Assembly: GCA_051362555.1 (NCBI GenBank)
Contig: CM120648.1
Span: forward strand, 8,676,587 to 8,740,586
Reading direction: 5' to 3'
Source of the DNA: Lingula anatina
Lineage: Eukaryota > Animalia > Brachiopoda
DNA: 64,000 nt
The notes under the pieces are model-generated. The model searched no databases. It had not been told where the DNA came from and worked only from the letters and a program-made list of their open reading frames with translations. The position numbers and the translations under genes were made by a program. Of the stretch, positions 34,323 to 58,494 are shown piece by piece (the first letter of the stretch is position 1; the number at the start of each line of letters is the position of its first letter).

Positions 34323-36527
34323 ATGGAACTTGACCAAAAAGAAAGTCTGCGGCGCCATCGCGTGGCAATAACTGATGATTTGGAGCCAAAAGAGGTGTTG
34401 GACTACTTAAATCAAGATGGCGTCCTCACAGATAACGACTGCGAGCTTGTGTCCACGGGTAAGACAAGAAAGGTGCGCTGTCAGCTGCTGCTGTGTCTCC
34501 TTCCTCGCCGAGGACCCAGTGCATACGGGGCCTTCACTCGCGCCCTTGGTGACGCTCGATACGAACACATTCAACAGCTGCTCATGCCTGCAGACGACAG
34601 CGGAGAAATTGGTTCTGGAACTGAGGCATTTTCGACGGAGATAAAAGAACTCGTTGAGACATGCTCAACTGAAAGAAAAGAATTCGAAGATGCGTGTTCG
34701 ACAAGGAAAAAAGAAATTTCTGATTCAGGTGACGAAACTTTACGTAAGAATGTCTTAACCAATGCAATGAGTGATGAATCTCAACCGAAACGACAAGCAT
34801 CCACGACCGCAAACGCAAGAAACGATGCAGAACACAACCCTTGTACTAAGTGCCGAAATCTTCTCATTGGTGTATCAGGTAATAAACAATTATCCAGTCT
34901 TTTACACCGGCATTGCTGTCTCTTTTTCGATAACGTTGAGCCGATAGATTTGATTGATCATCATTTCCAAGAAGGCGTTTTGAGCGATGATGAATGCGAG
35001 CGCGTGCGGGCAAGAGCAACGCGAAAGGACAGATGTGAGACTCTGTTCAAGGAGTTGGCAAAGCGCCCAGCAGCCAACGGGGTTCTTTCAACGTTAAGAA
35101 AATCTCTGGAGAAAAAGTACAACTTCATTCTTGATCGCATTGATGATGATATCCACGGCCAACTGACAGAAGTTCCTGGCGATTTATCACCATCAAGAAA
35201 ACAAGAGCTACGCCAGAATCGACATGAAAACGTACTCCACGACGATAATTCACTCACTACTGTTGACCGTGCCAAAGCGTATGTTGATAAATTGGCCAGC
35301 AAACTCTGTCAGAAACAAGAATCTCCGCATCCAAAGAAGGCACCTAAGTGCCATAATCGAGTTGCCACACCAAAAGTAAGTTCTGATACGGACTCCGACG
35401 GTTATCTTCAGATTGCGACAAGAAAACGGCAGCAGCGAAGGCGAAAAACACGCCAACGTGATGAACAACATGGCGACGTGGTTGTCATTCACCATTCACC
35501 CAAAACACTATTTACGACAAAGCCAAGCTCGACGTTCACTGAATCTGCCGCTTGCAAACGCTTGTCAGTGGCCTTCAATTACCTCAGCACTCTCATCAAC
35601 CAGGGCTGTTATGAGGAATTCGAGTCAGTTTCTGCCAACCTCCAGAACCAGTATGTCCACGAGCCCGACATGACTTGTCTGCTATCGTATCTCCACGCAA
35701 GTAGGGACCTGTTTAAAAACGACTTTGATGCAGCAAAGCGTCACATTGACCTCGCGTTTGAGACCGTCCCTAAGACCTCGGACCCAAAGTACTTCACGGT
35801 GGAGCTCTTTACCGCAAAGACGCGCATGTACGTCACCCAGAAGAGACTCGAAAAGCTCGAGAATGCCCTGGATGACGTCAAGCAAATCATCGAGACTGAT
35901 CCAACCGGATGCACCGGCCGAGCCGCCGGATGGCTATACATGAACGACGGTCGGAGCAAAACCTCGCAAATGACCACGCTGAACCCTTACAACCGAAACT
36001 ACTTGACCAACTACAGCCAGCTCCACGCCATGGCCAAGGAAAGCTTTCAGCGTGCCCTTGAAAACTTCCAGCGGGACGGGGGCAAGGATGGGCCGCTTGG
36101 AAGCGGCTACGCGATATGCCGGCTCTGCATCCTGCTCCTCAAATGCGGGGACAACGGTTTGACAATGAACACTCTCCACCCTTCCGAGGACGACGTTAAA
36201 ACCGCAGGTGGTTATATTCGCCAATTAGAGGACTCCTCTATTCCAATTCCCAAAATTCTCGAGGTTCACTTACTTCTTGGGAAGTGCGACTATCAATTCA
36301 GAAGAGGAAACATCGTGAGAGCCCTAGAGCACGCAGAGGCTGCTCTGAGCCTCGCCACGCAACTAAACATGCTAGAGTTTACAGAGCATGCGCGGAATAG
36401 AGTCGTGTTTTTGAAAACGGAGACCCCGTTGCAGTTAAAAGAAGTGACGGATGAGAAAGATCTGGCAGTTCTGTTTGAGAAAAACTCGGAAACAGCAGAA
36501 GAAACTGATGGAATTACATCGGCTTAA
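34323..36527 (+). CDS. Tandem-CARD (CARD-CARD) protein with C-terminal TPR-like helical repeats, copy A (734 aa)
   Basis: CARD1 at aa ~1-88 (LRRHRVAITDDL..VLDYL.QDGVLT...LLLCLLPRRGPSAYGAFTRAL). CARD2 at aa ~190-275 (LIDHHFQEGVLSDDECERV..TRKDR). Basic patch RKRQQRRRK. TPR-like helices (AKESFQRALE, RGNIVRALEHAEAALSLA). Acceptor TTGCAG at 34315 and an upstream donor GTAAGT at 33095. Confidence 0.88.
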   Translation: MELDQKESLRRHRVAITDDLEPKEVLDYLNQDGVLTDNDCELVSTGKTRKVRCQLLLCLLPRRGPSAYGAFTRALGDARYEHIQQLLMPADDSGEIGSGTEAFSTEIKELVETCSTERKEFEDACSTRKKEISDSGDETLRKNVLTNAMSDESQPKRQASTTANARNDAEHNPCTKCRNLLIGVSGNKQLSSLLHRHCCLFFDNVEPIDLIDHHFQEGVLSDDECERVRARATRKDRCETLFKELAKRPAANGVLSTLRKSLEKKYNFILDRIDDDIHGQLTEVPGDLSPSRKQELRQNRHENVLHDDNSLTTVDRAKAYVDKLASKLCQKQESPHPKKAPKCHNRVATPKVSSDTDSDGYLQIATRKRQQRRRKTRQRDEQHGDVVVIHHSPKTLFTTKPSSTFTESAACKRLSVAFNYLSTLINQGCYEEFESVSANLQNQYVHEPDMTCLLSYLHASRDLFKNDFDAAKRHIDLAFETVPKTSDPKYFTVELFTAKTRMYVTQKRLEKLENALDDVKQIIETDPTGCTGRAAGWLYMNDGRSKTSQMTTLNPYNRNYLTNYSQLHAMAKESFQRALENFQRDGGKDGPLGSGYAICRLCILLLKCGDNGLTMNTLHPSEDDVKTAGGYIRQLEDSSIPIPKILEVHLLLGKCDYQFRRGNIVRALEHAEAALSLATQLNMLEFTEHARNRVVFLKTETPLQLKEVTDEKDLAVLFEKNSETAEETDGITSA

Positions 36528-38171
36528 ATGCTACGTTGTTGCTAATTAAAAGAGACCATCGAGAGTCTCACTAAAAATAACCTTAAAAAGTTAAAATTTA
36601 AAAGGCTATAGGAATTCAGCAGTGGGACAGAATAATGTATAGGCCTACATACGCGAAGTAGAGGGTAAATGGAATGCCAACAGCAGTGACTGATTAATAT
36701 TTTTCTTCGGAATACGAGTTGGCCTCATTATAAATTTTAACATATTATCAATAAATGTTTAAAAATATAAGCTACGGTCTTGTGTTTTCAACAAAAATTG
36801 TAAAGAGGAACGATAACAATGACTATTTATCAACGAAGTGTTATTACATCAATTTATGAACTGAAAAAGATATTAGCGCGACATTCTGTAAACACGTTTT
36901 CTTTATCCGTGTAGGCCTACTTTATGATAAAGATAAAGGATAAGTCAATAGTGGGCCTACCAGTGATATGCCTTTGATATTTCAATAAGTAATTAACCTA
37001 CACTAAGCTTGAATTATTTTCAATTAGACAGAAAAGAAAAAAGGAATCAATGCTCTGTCATCTAGCTTTGTGGTATCCTACCTTTTTTATGATAAATTTT
37101 AATCTTCTATTGGCTAAAGTTCACTTCACTGACAAATACCAGCGCAAATATTAGCAAACTGTCGGACAAGAACTATGTAGGGATATGTAAACAAACGAAT
37201 GTATACATGTATAGGGCCTATACAAATATTACACATCACTCGGAAACAGTAAGTAATAATGGTATTTTTAGAAATAAAATTATGTTGAATGAAGTCATTT
37301 CATAACTAGAATAGCTGCAGGAAATGTAAATATATAAATAAGTGTAACTTCAATAATGTCAGGCTAGGCTTACATAATTCAGCTAGCACTTTTCAAAACG
37401 TTTGGCAGACAAAACTCAGTTATTCCATCTATTCCTTTCTCTTTCCTTGAGAGGTGATAAATCGTGAACTTAAATTTAGATTAAAGAACCAAGCTGTTTC
37501 TCATTCAATAACCGATTCAACTCTTTTACCCATGTCCATATTAAATCCAGATGAAGTAGCGCCATCAAGCAGAGAATAAATTGGACCATTAAAAAATCCA
37601 GAAATGCAGCTCTATAGTGTGGTCCGGGGCATAAATACAACATCAAAAATAACCTTATTTTCAGATAAATACGAAAAATATATCCATCTCTCGGATCAAT
37701 AACACAATGAATTTGGGTGGCAAGACGTATAGTGGCGTAGCACTTGGTTAACGTCGTCAGCTGTAGTTTGTATGTCGTATCCCGTTCTCTTCTGAAGGGG
37801 ACGGGGTCCTTCATCCGCGGACTCCCCCCTCCCCCCCCTCCCCCCCCCCCCCCCCCCCTTCAAATAATCCTGAGTCCACCCCTGCTAAATTACTTGTATT
37901 TTAAGAAAATGCCTGTGAATTGATTTGCACCTCTATATTGAGTATGGGTGTGTGGCAACAATAGGACCAGTCACTTTTGAAACTCACAAAGGACTTGCAT
38001 TCCAGACCCATCTTTATGTACTTAGGCGTTAAAATATTCTATCGATGCGATACTAAATGTTACTTTTCGTAGATCTAAAACGGCCCCGAAGACATTTACC
38101 CTGGCGAAGACTTTCATTGCAGCAGTTGAGCTTAACGCAGTGATGGTAAATACTGACTTGGGTGGAATTGA

Positions 38172-38228
38172 TGACTCACTGTGTCTGTGTACGCAATCCA
38201 CGTCATGAGTAATTTTAGAAAGTGAAAG
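38172..38228 (+). promoter_or_regulatory. Putative promoter module of CARD copy B: AP-1 site, CRE/UPRE-like site and IRF-E/ISRE
   Basis: TGACTCA at 38172, CCACGTCA at 38198, AGAAAGTGAAAG at 38217. The paralogous block at 32901-32945 keeps ACGTCA. Confidence 0.4.
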
Positions 38229-38904
38229 AAGCGAGCGGCGTTTACTCCTACTGTAAACGGGGAGTATATTCAAAACAACTTCCGTAGGCCTACATACCGA
38301 ATGTTGGAAGAACCTGTTGAAGACAGTGCAAGCTTTCGGAATTATACTGGCAAGTATTTCCAGCGTACTTACGCCAAGTTAATTTATTAATAAGATGGTT
38401 GTTTTGGTTTGTCAGTTTGTTGAATGTTGTTTGATAGACAGTTTTGCACGAGAGAGAGAGAGAGAGAGAGAGCTGTTGCATTATTATACAACAAGGAGGA
38501 CAATTTTTATTTTCTCCCTCGTTTGTCGTGTTTGGCCAAGGTATTTGTCGAACTCCCAAGACCGAAGTTCGAGTTCGTTGAGTACTGAGTATACATTTTT
38601 CCAGAGCTGATTTCGAAGGTTAGTTAATTTTTCACTTAGGTAGGATGCACGAATGCCAGTACTGTAAACCATGCGAAAAATTGACTTTTACCAAAATCTA
38701 CATGCATTACTTCCAGAAAAATTATCTTGTCAGGCTGATTTTTCCAATTCAAGCTCTGTTTTATTCCTATGAGTCTTTCCTGTAAGTTTGAGAATCGTAA
38801 TCTCAAGTTTTGAATTAACATGTACCTGTACGGGTATTTATTTGGACCAAAAATTCGAGCCTGTATATATATGCTTATAAAATAATCCAAGGTTCCCCAG
38901 ACCT

Positions 38905-39036
38905 CACCCTGAACTTCAGAGAAAACTTGACACTAACCTCTTCACTATAGCCTATCTTCATCGTGTCAATTAAGTAAGGATGAAGATAGGCTATAGTGAA
39001 GAGTTTAGTGTCAAGCTATCTCTGAAGCTCAGGGTG
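38905..39036. mobile_element. 132-bp hairpin MITE with 8-bp TSD (hAT- or P-like)
   Basis: ~58-bp near-perfect arms around a 16-nt loop, CA...TG ends, CCAGACCT on both sides (38897-38904, 39037-39044). Confidence 0.85.
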
Positions 39037-39719
39037 CCAGACCTGTTCATGCACAAGCAAACCATTTTGGCACTCACATGAGACTTCCATCAGTAAGGCA
39101 GGGTCCTGTGTTTATGACGTTACACAATCGCACACCTGTATACGTACAGCTGATATAGTACATGTATAAGTATTTTTCATCTCTGGGTGCTGCTTTTTTT
39201 TTTTTTCAGCTTACTGTAAGTGCAAAATTAGGGGGTTTGCTATTGCCATCATTACATGTATGACTGGATTTTTTTTTTTTTTTTAATGTCCAAGAAGTAT
39301 AGTTTCATGCTAAATGGATGTTATTTTGCATGGCTGCTAACAAATGATGACAAAAATGGATATTCGTGCAGTATACAGGCTCAATCAGGATATTGCATGG
39401 CAAATGTAACCTGGGCTTTAGGCTGTAAGGTTACTAATATCTATAATGTGGGGATGAGCATTTGTCTCTAGTCAGTTGAGTACTCTACCTGAGGTTTCCA
39501 CATGGACCATTTCTTGGTTTGCACTTTTTTATTTTTTATTTCAGTTCTTCTGTTTTTGCATTTTCTTCTTTAGATCTGTTGAGTTCATGCTAAAATTTGA
39601 TATTTAGGTGCACTACCTGTATAAACAGCTATCAAGTAAAAAAAAATGTAAAAAATCTTTTCTGTGAAATCTGTCTTAGTACGTTCTTTTAAGATTTGTT
39701 GCTGTATTTCAGAGACATT

Positions 39720-41879
39720 ATGGATCCTGACCAGGAAGAAAATTTGCGCCGCCACCATGTTGCAATAACTAATGATTTGGAGCCAAAAGAGGTGTTGGAC
39801 TACTTAAATCAAGATGGCGTCCTCACAGATAATGACTGCGAGCTTGTGTCCACAGGTAAGACAAGAAAGGAGCGCTGTCAGTTGCTGCTGTCTCTCCTTC
39901 GTCGTCGAGGACAAAGTGCGTACAGTGCCTTCACTAGCGCCCTTGCTGTCACTCAATACAAGCACATTCAGCAGTTGCTGATCCCTGCAGAAGAAAGCAA
40001 AGAAATTGGAGAGATTTGTTCAATTGGACAAAAAGAATATGAAGAAGCATGTTCATCAAGCAGTAAAGATATCTCTCATTTAGATGATGAAACGCTTCAA
40101 GTATGTAGAAAACATAGACATGTCTTAACCAATGCAAGAAGTGATAAATCTTGCATGAAACGAGCAGCATCCACAACCGAAAACGTGAAAAACGATGCAG
40201 AATACAACCCTTGTGATAAATGTAAAAATCTTCTCACTGGTGTATCAGGTAACAATCAACTATCTAGTCTTTTACACCGACATTGCTGCCTCTTCTTAGA
40301 CAACATTGAGCCTATAGATTTGATTGATTATCATTTCCAAGAAGGCATTTTGAGCGATGACCAATGTGAGCGTGTTCGAGTGGGAGTGACACGAAAGGAC
40401 AGGTGTAGGACTCTTTTCAAGGAGCTTGGGAAATTTCCAGCAGCCAATGGGGTTCTCCCAACATTAAAAAAATCTCTGGAGAAAAAGTACAATTTTATCC
40501 TTGCTCACATTCATGACAACATCCAGGGATGCCTGTCAGAAGTTTGTAATGATTTATCACCATCAAGACAACAAGAGCTATGTCAGAAGCAACAAGAAAA
40601 CGTACTCCACGATGATAATTCACACACTACTGTTGACGGTGCCAAAGCGTTTGTTGATAAATTGGCCAGCAAACTCTGTCAGAAACAAAAATCTCTGCAT
40701 TCAAAGAAGGCACCTAAGTGCCAGAAACAAGTTGCCACTCCAAAAGTAAGTTCTGATACGGATTCTGACAATTATCTTCAGGCTAAGACAAGAAGACGAC
40801 ATAAGCCAAGGCGAAGAACATGCCAACTCAAACAACACAGTGACATGGTAGTCATTCAGCGTTCACCCAATACACTATTTATCACAAAGCCAAGCTCAAC
40901 ATTCACTGAATCTGCAGCTTGCAAACGCTTGTCAGTGGCCTTCAATTACCTTAGCACTCTCATCAACCAGGGCTGTTATGAGGAATTCGAATCAGTTTCT
41001 GCAAACCTCCAAAGTCAGTTTGTCCACCAGCCCGATATGACTTGCCTATTATCATATCTCCATGCAAGTAAGGATCTGTTTAAAAACGATATTGATGCAG
41101 CAAAACGTCACATTGACCATGCATTTGAGACCCTTCCTAAGACTTCAGACCCAAAGTACTTCATGGTGGAGCTCTTCACTGCCAAGACACGAATGTATGT
41201 TAAACAGAAGAGACTCGAGAAGCTTGAAAATTCCCTGGATGATGTCAAACAAATCATCCAGACAGATCCAGCAGGATGCACTGGCCGAGCTGCAGGGTGG
41301 CTGTACATGAATGATGGCAGAAATAAGACCTCACAAATGACCATGCTTAATCCTTACAACCCAAGCTACTTGTCCAACTACAACCAACTCCACGCCATGG
41401 CCAAGGAAAGCTTTCAGCGTGCCCTGGAAAACTTCCAGCGGGACGGGGGCAAGGATGGGCCATTTGGAAGCGGCTATGCAATATGCCGGCTCTGCATCCT
41501 GCTCCTCAAATGCGGGGACAATGGTTTGACAATGAACACTCTCCACCCTTCCGAGGATGACATTAAAACAGCGGGTGGTTATATTCGTCAGTTAGAGGAC
41601 TCTTCTATTCCAATCCCCAAAATTCTCCAGGTTAACTTACTCCTTGGGAAATGTGACTACCAGTTCAGACAAGGAAACATGGTGAGAGCCGTAGAACATG
41701 CAGAAGCAGCTGTGAACCTCGCTAAAGAACTGAACATGTTCGAGTTTGCAGAGCATGCACAGAAAAGAGTCATGTTTTTGAAAAAGAAGACCCCTTTGCA
41801 CATAGAAGAAATTACAGAGGAGAGGGATTTGATAACTCTGCTTGGGATAAACTCCGAAACAACAGAAGAAACTGATTAA
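39720..41879 (+). CDS. Tandem-CARD plus TPR-like protein, copy B (719 aa)
   Basis: Colinear paralog of copy A. Likely start TTTCAG|AGACATT ATG, matching GCAG|AGTCCTT ATG in copy A. Confidence 0.88.
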   Translation: MDPDQEENLRRHHVAITNDLEPKEVLDYLNQDGVLTDNDCELVSTGKTRKERCQLLLSLLRRRGQSAYSAFTSALAVTQYKHIQQLLIPAEESKEIGEICSIGQKEYEEACSSSSKDISHLDDETLQVCRKHRHVLTNARSDKSCMKRAASTTENVKNDAEYNPCDKCKNLLTGVSGNNQLSSLLHRHCCLFLDNIEPIDLIDYHFQEGILSDDQCERVRVGVTRKDRCRTLFKELGKFPAANGVLPTLKKSLEKKYNFILAHIHDNIQGCLSEVCNDLSPSRQQELCQKQQENVLHDDNSHTTVDGAKAFVDKLASKLCQKQKSLHSKKAPKCQKQVATPKVSSDTDSDNYLQAKTRRRHKPRRRTCQLKQHSDMVVIQRSPNTLFITKPSSTFTESAACKRLSVAFNYLSTLINQGCYEEFESVSANLQSQFVHQPDMTCLLSYLHASKDLFKNDIDAAKRHIDHAFETLPKTSDPKYFMVELFTAKTRMYVKQKRLEKLENSLDDVKQIIQTDPAGCTGRAAGWLYMNDGRNKTSQMTMLNPYNPSYLSNYNQLHAMAKESFQRALENFQRDGGKDGPFGSGYAICRLCILLLKCGDNGLTMNTLHPSEDDIKTAGGYIRQLEDSSIPIPKILQVNLLLGKCDYQFRQGNMVRAVEHAEAAVNLAKELNMFEFAEHAQKRVMFLKKKTPLHIEEITEERDLITLLGINSETTEETD

Positions 41880-42954
41880 ATTATATCAGTTTGAATAATG
41901 ATGGAAAGAAGAGAAATTTTAAATTTTGACTATAGATTATACTTTTAGGCTCAGTATTCAGTATTGGTTTTGACATAAACTTATAATTTCACATTATTTT
42001 ATCCATGTAGAAGGGGATTGATAACAATAATAGCACAGTAATAATATCTTCTTATGAAAACATGTCAGTTTCAGTTATAAATGTTTATGTATTACAGGCA
42101 GGGTGGATGGGAAATTCAAACAAAATGGCTTCTTTGGAAGGAAAAAGATCTGCTCTGAGTCAATATTTGTTTTGTGCCAATATCTTTCAATCAAATGCAC
42201 TTGTACTACATGTATTTCTTGAACAAGTTGGATTATTCATTTGTTTTAAATTATATATATAAAATAAAATGGACAGAAAAGAAAAAGAATTTACTGTTCT
42301 GCCTACCAGTTAGGGTATTCAAACTTTTTGGTGATAAATTTTAATTCACTATCAACCACAGTTCACTGCACTGACAAAAAAATCAGCACGAATAAACAAA
42401 AATAAAATTCAAAGAATTGCCTGACAAACAAGACAACTACGTATGTACATAGGTAAACAACAGAATGTATTTATACAAATATTACACATAGGTCACAAAT
42501 AGTGAGTAATGAAAGTAATCTTAGAAATCAAGTTTTATGAAGTAAATAACTGACTGGCGGAAATAGATGAATAAGTCTCCCTTTCAAGTCAGTATTTCAT
42601 TATTTAGTCAGCACCTTTCAAAACGCTTGGCAAACAAAACTGCCAATTCCTCCTCTTCTGAAAATTCATGTTTTTCTCTGTCCTTTGTGATAAATCGTGA
42701 ACTTAAATATTTATTACACGAAGTCTCTCTTTCAGGAGCCAGGTCAATTGATCTACCCATGTCCATAATCCAGATAAAAAGCATCATCAAAAACAGAGAG
42801 TAAACTGAGCCTTTAAAAAATCAGGAAAATGTAGTTCTATTGTCACTGTGGTGGACATGGGCTAAAAAAAAACTACAACATCCAGAGAACCGTATTTCCA
42901 GATAAATCCTGAACAATTTTTTTCTTGACTGAAAAGCAGTTCCTGTAGGTTTAT

Positions 42955-56861
<13,907 letters not shown>

Positions 56862-57100
56862 GTTTACAATTTGCAGACGAAATCTCGTTCATAGTCTCGT
56901 TTACTTGATTTCCTTGATGTGGTGCTGATACCTAAAATCGCTACGTATTGCGATAACTTTTTCCTGATGGTATCTATATAACATATTCATAGTTTTAAAT
57001 TGGAATAGTACAATTTGTTCACCTAAATAACCGTAAATTTTGGTTAAATTTCTGGTGTCACGTGATACAAAAAATCTAGGACACGAGAAGTAAACTCAGC
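56862..57100. promoter_or_regulatory. Bidirectional promoter between EXOC8 and the C8orf33 homolog
   Basis: Divergent ATGs about 240 bp apart, locally CpG-retaining. GTCACGTGA E-box at 57057-57065, and a YY1-like AAACATGGCGG over the EXOC8 start. Confidence 0.65.
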
Positions 57101-58449
57101 ATGGCAGATCGTGGCAAGCCGCCGAGACCGAAAAGTGGCAACAAGAAACGACCCCCTAGACAGAAACGAAAAAATGAAGGATCAGTAAGATGAAAATGCA
57201 CATTTGACCCATTTTTGTAAATACACAGTTCTCTGTGTGCCTTATGTTTCAAGAATGTCTGTGTCTCCGTTGATCTATTGACATACAAATGTACAGTAGT
57301 CGTGCTAATCATGCAGTTTCATTCAATCTCATTATTTTGATAAGTTCACACGATGCTCAGATTTTAAATAAGGACAACCATCCCACGTTTATAAGTCTCA
57401 ATCGTTGGTCCTGATAATTACATTGAGCACATTTTAGTAAACTATACAGTGTCTTAAAGGATCTAAAAGAGATCATATTTTTAAATTAAAAGTTTTGAAA
57501 GAGGTTTTTAACTTTTATATATAATATTAACTAATATAATTGTTATTTGGACTTTTTACTTCAGTCAGATGCTGGTGGAGATACTGGTTCAAATACAAAC
57601 CCTGACACACCAGATAATGGACTCTCCCCTGAGGTATAACATAATTAAAACCAAGTTCAGGAATAATTATTCTGTTCAACATATTGATTCTACTGCATAC
57701 TAACAGCTTGGTGTTATGGATATACAGGTTAATTTGCCTGAACAGTTTATGCCAATTAATTCTTTATGGATCAATTCATGAATCTTTCTCGAATGCACAA
57801 GGGGTGTTTTTTTGTGTACAACCCTAACTGCTGCTTATGTAGTTGAAATATATCTAACTAGCATTTACAGTTGTCTAACATTGTATCACTACCATTCCGA
57901 TGTATTAAGCTCCAAACCTTTTGTGTTGACTGCATAGTAAATCCAGCTGGGGATGTCAGGTGTCCATACATGTTTAATGACCTTCAATATTGGTTTTAGA
58001 ATGCTTTAAGTAGCCAAACAAATTTTCAAGAGGAGAAGATAGAGAAAGCTTGATATGCACATAAAATCATTCTCAGACATTGCATGTCAACATCCCCAGT
58101 TTTGATTCAGTTTCATATGAAAAAAGAAAATGTTTGCCATTTTAGGAAAGTCTGGAAAGAGAGCTGGTGTGGTGTATTCAGCAGCTTGAAGCTGGGCTGG
58201 CATCACAGAAAGCAGATTCTAAACAAGGTACGTAGTCATTTACGTCTGCTTTGAATTAGTACCAAAGATGGGCTGGCATTGAACTTCAATTACAATTTAT
58301 TTTGAGTGTTCCAGGAAAGGATAAAAGAAACTTTTCATGCCAATAGAAAAAATTCAGAAGACCATTTTATATTTTATTTTTTTTATTTTTGCAAACTTGG
58401 CTCTGATTTGGTGATAAATTAGTCATTTTATATCTACTGCTTGTCATTT

Positions 58450-58494
<45 letters not shown>

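Noticed and set aside
39696-39719. ORF extension MLLYFRDI of CARD copy B
   Set aside because: TTG start within the acceptor region. Copy A aligns from the ATG at 39720.
42608-42790. Minus-strand ORF ending EEEELAVLFAKRFERC, resembling the CARD protein tail DEKDLAVLFEK
   Set aside because: The match is very short, and the paralogous copy at ~37385-37475 has indels and stops. Probably UTR or chance.
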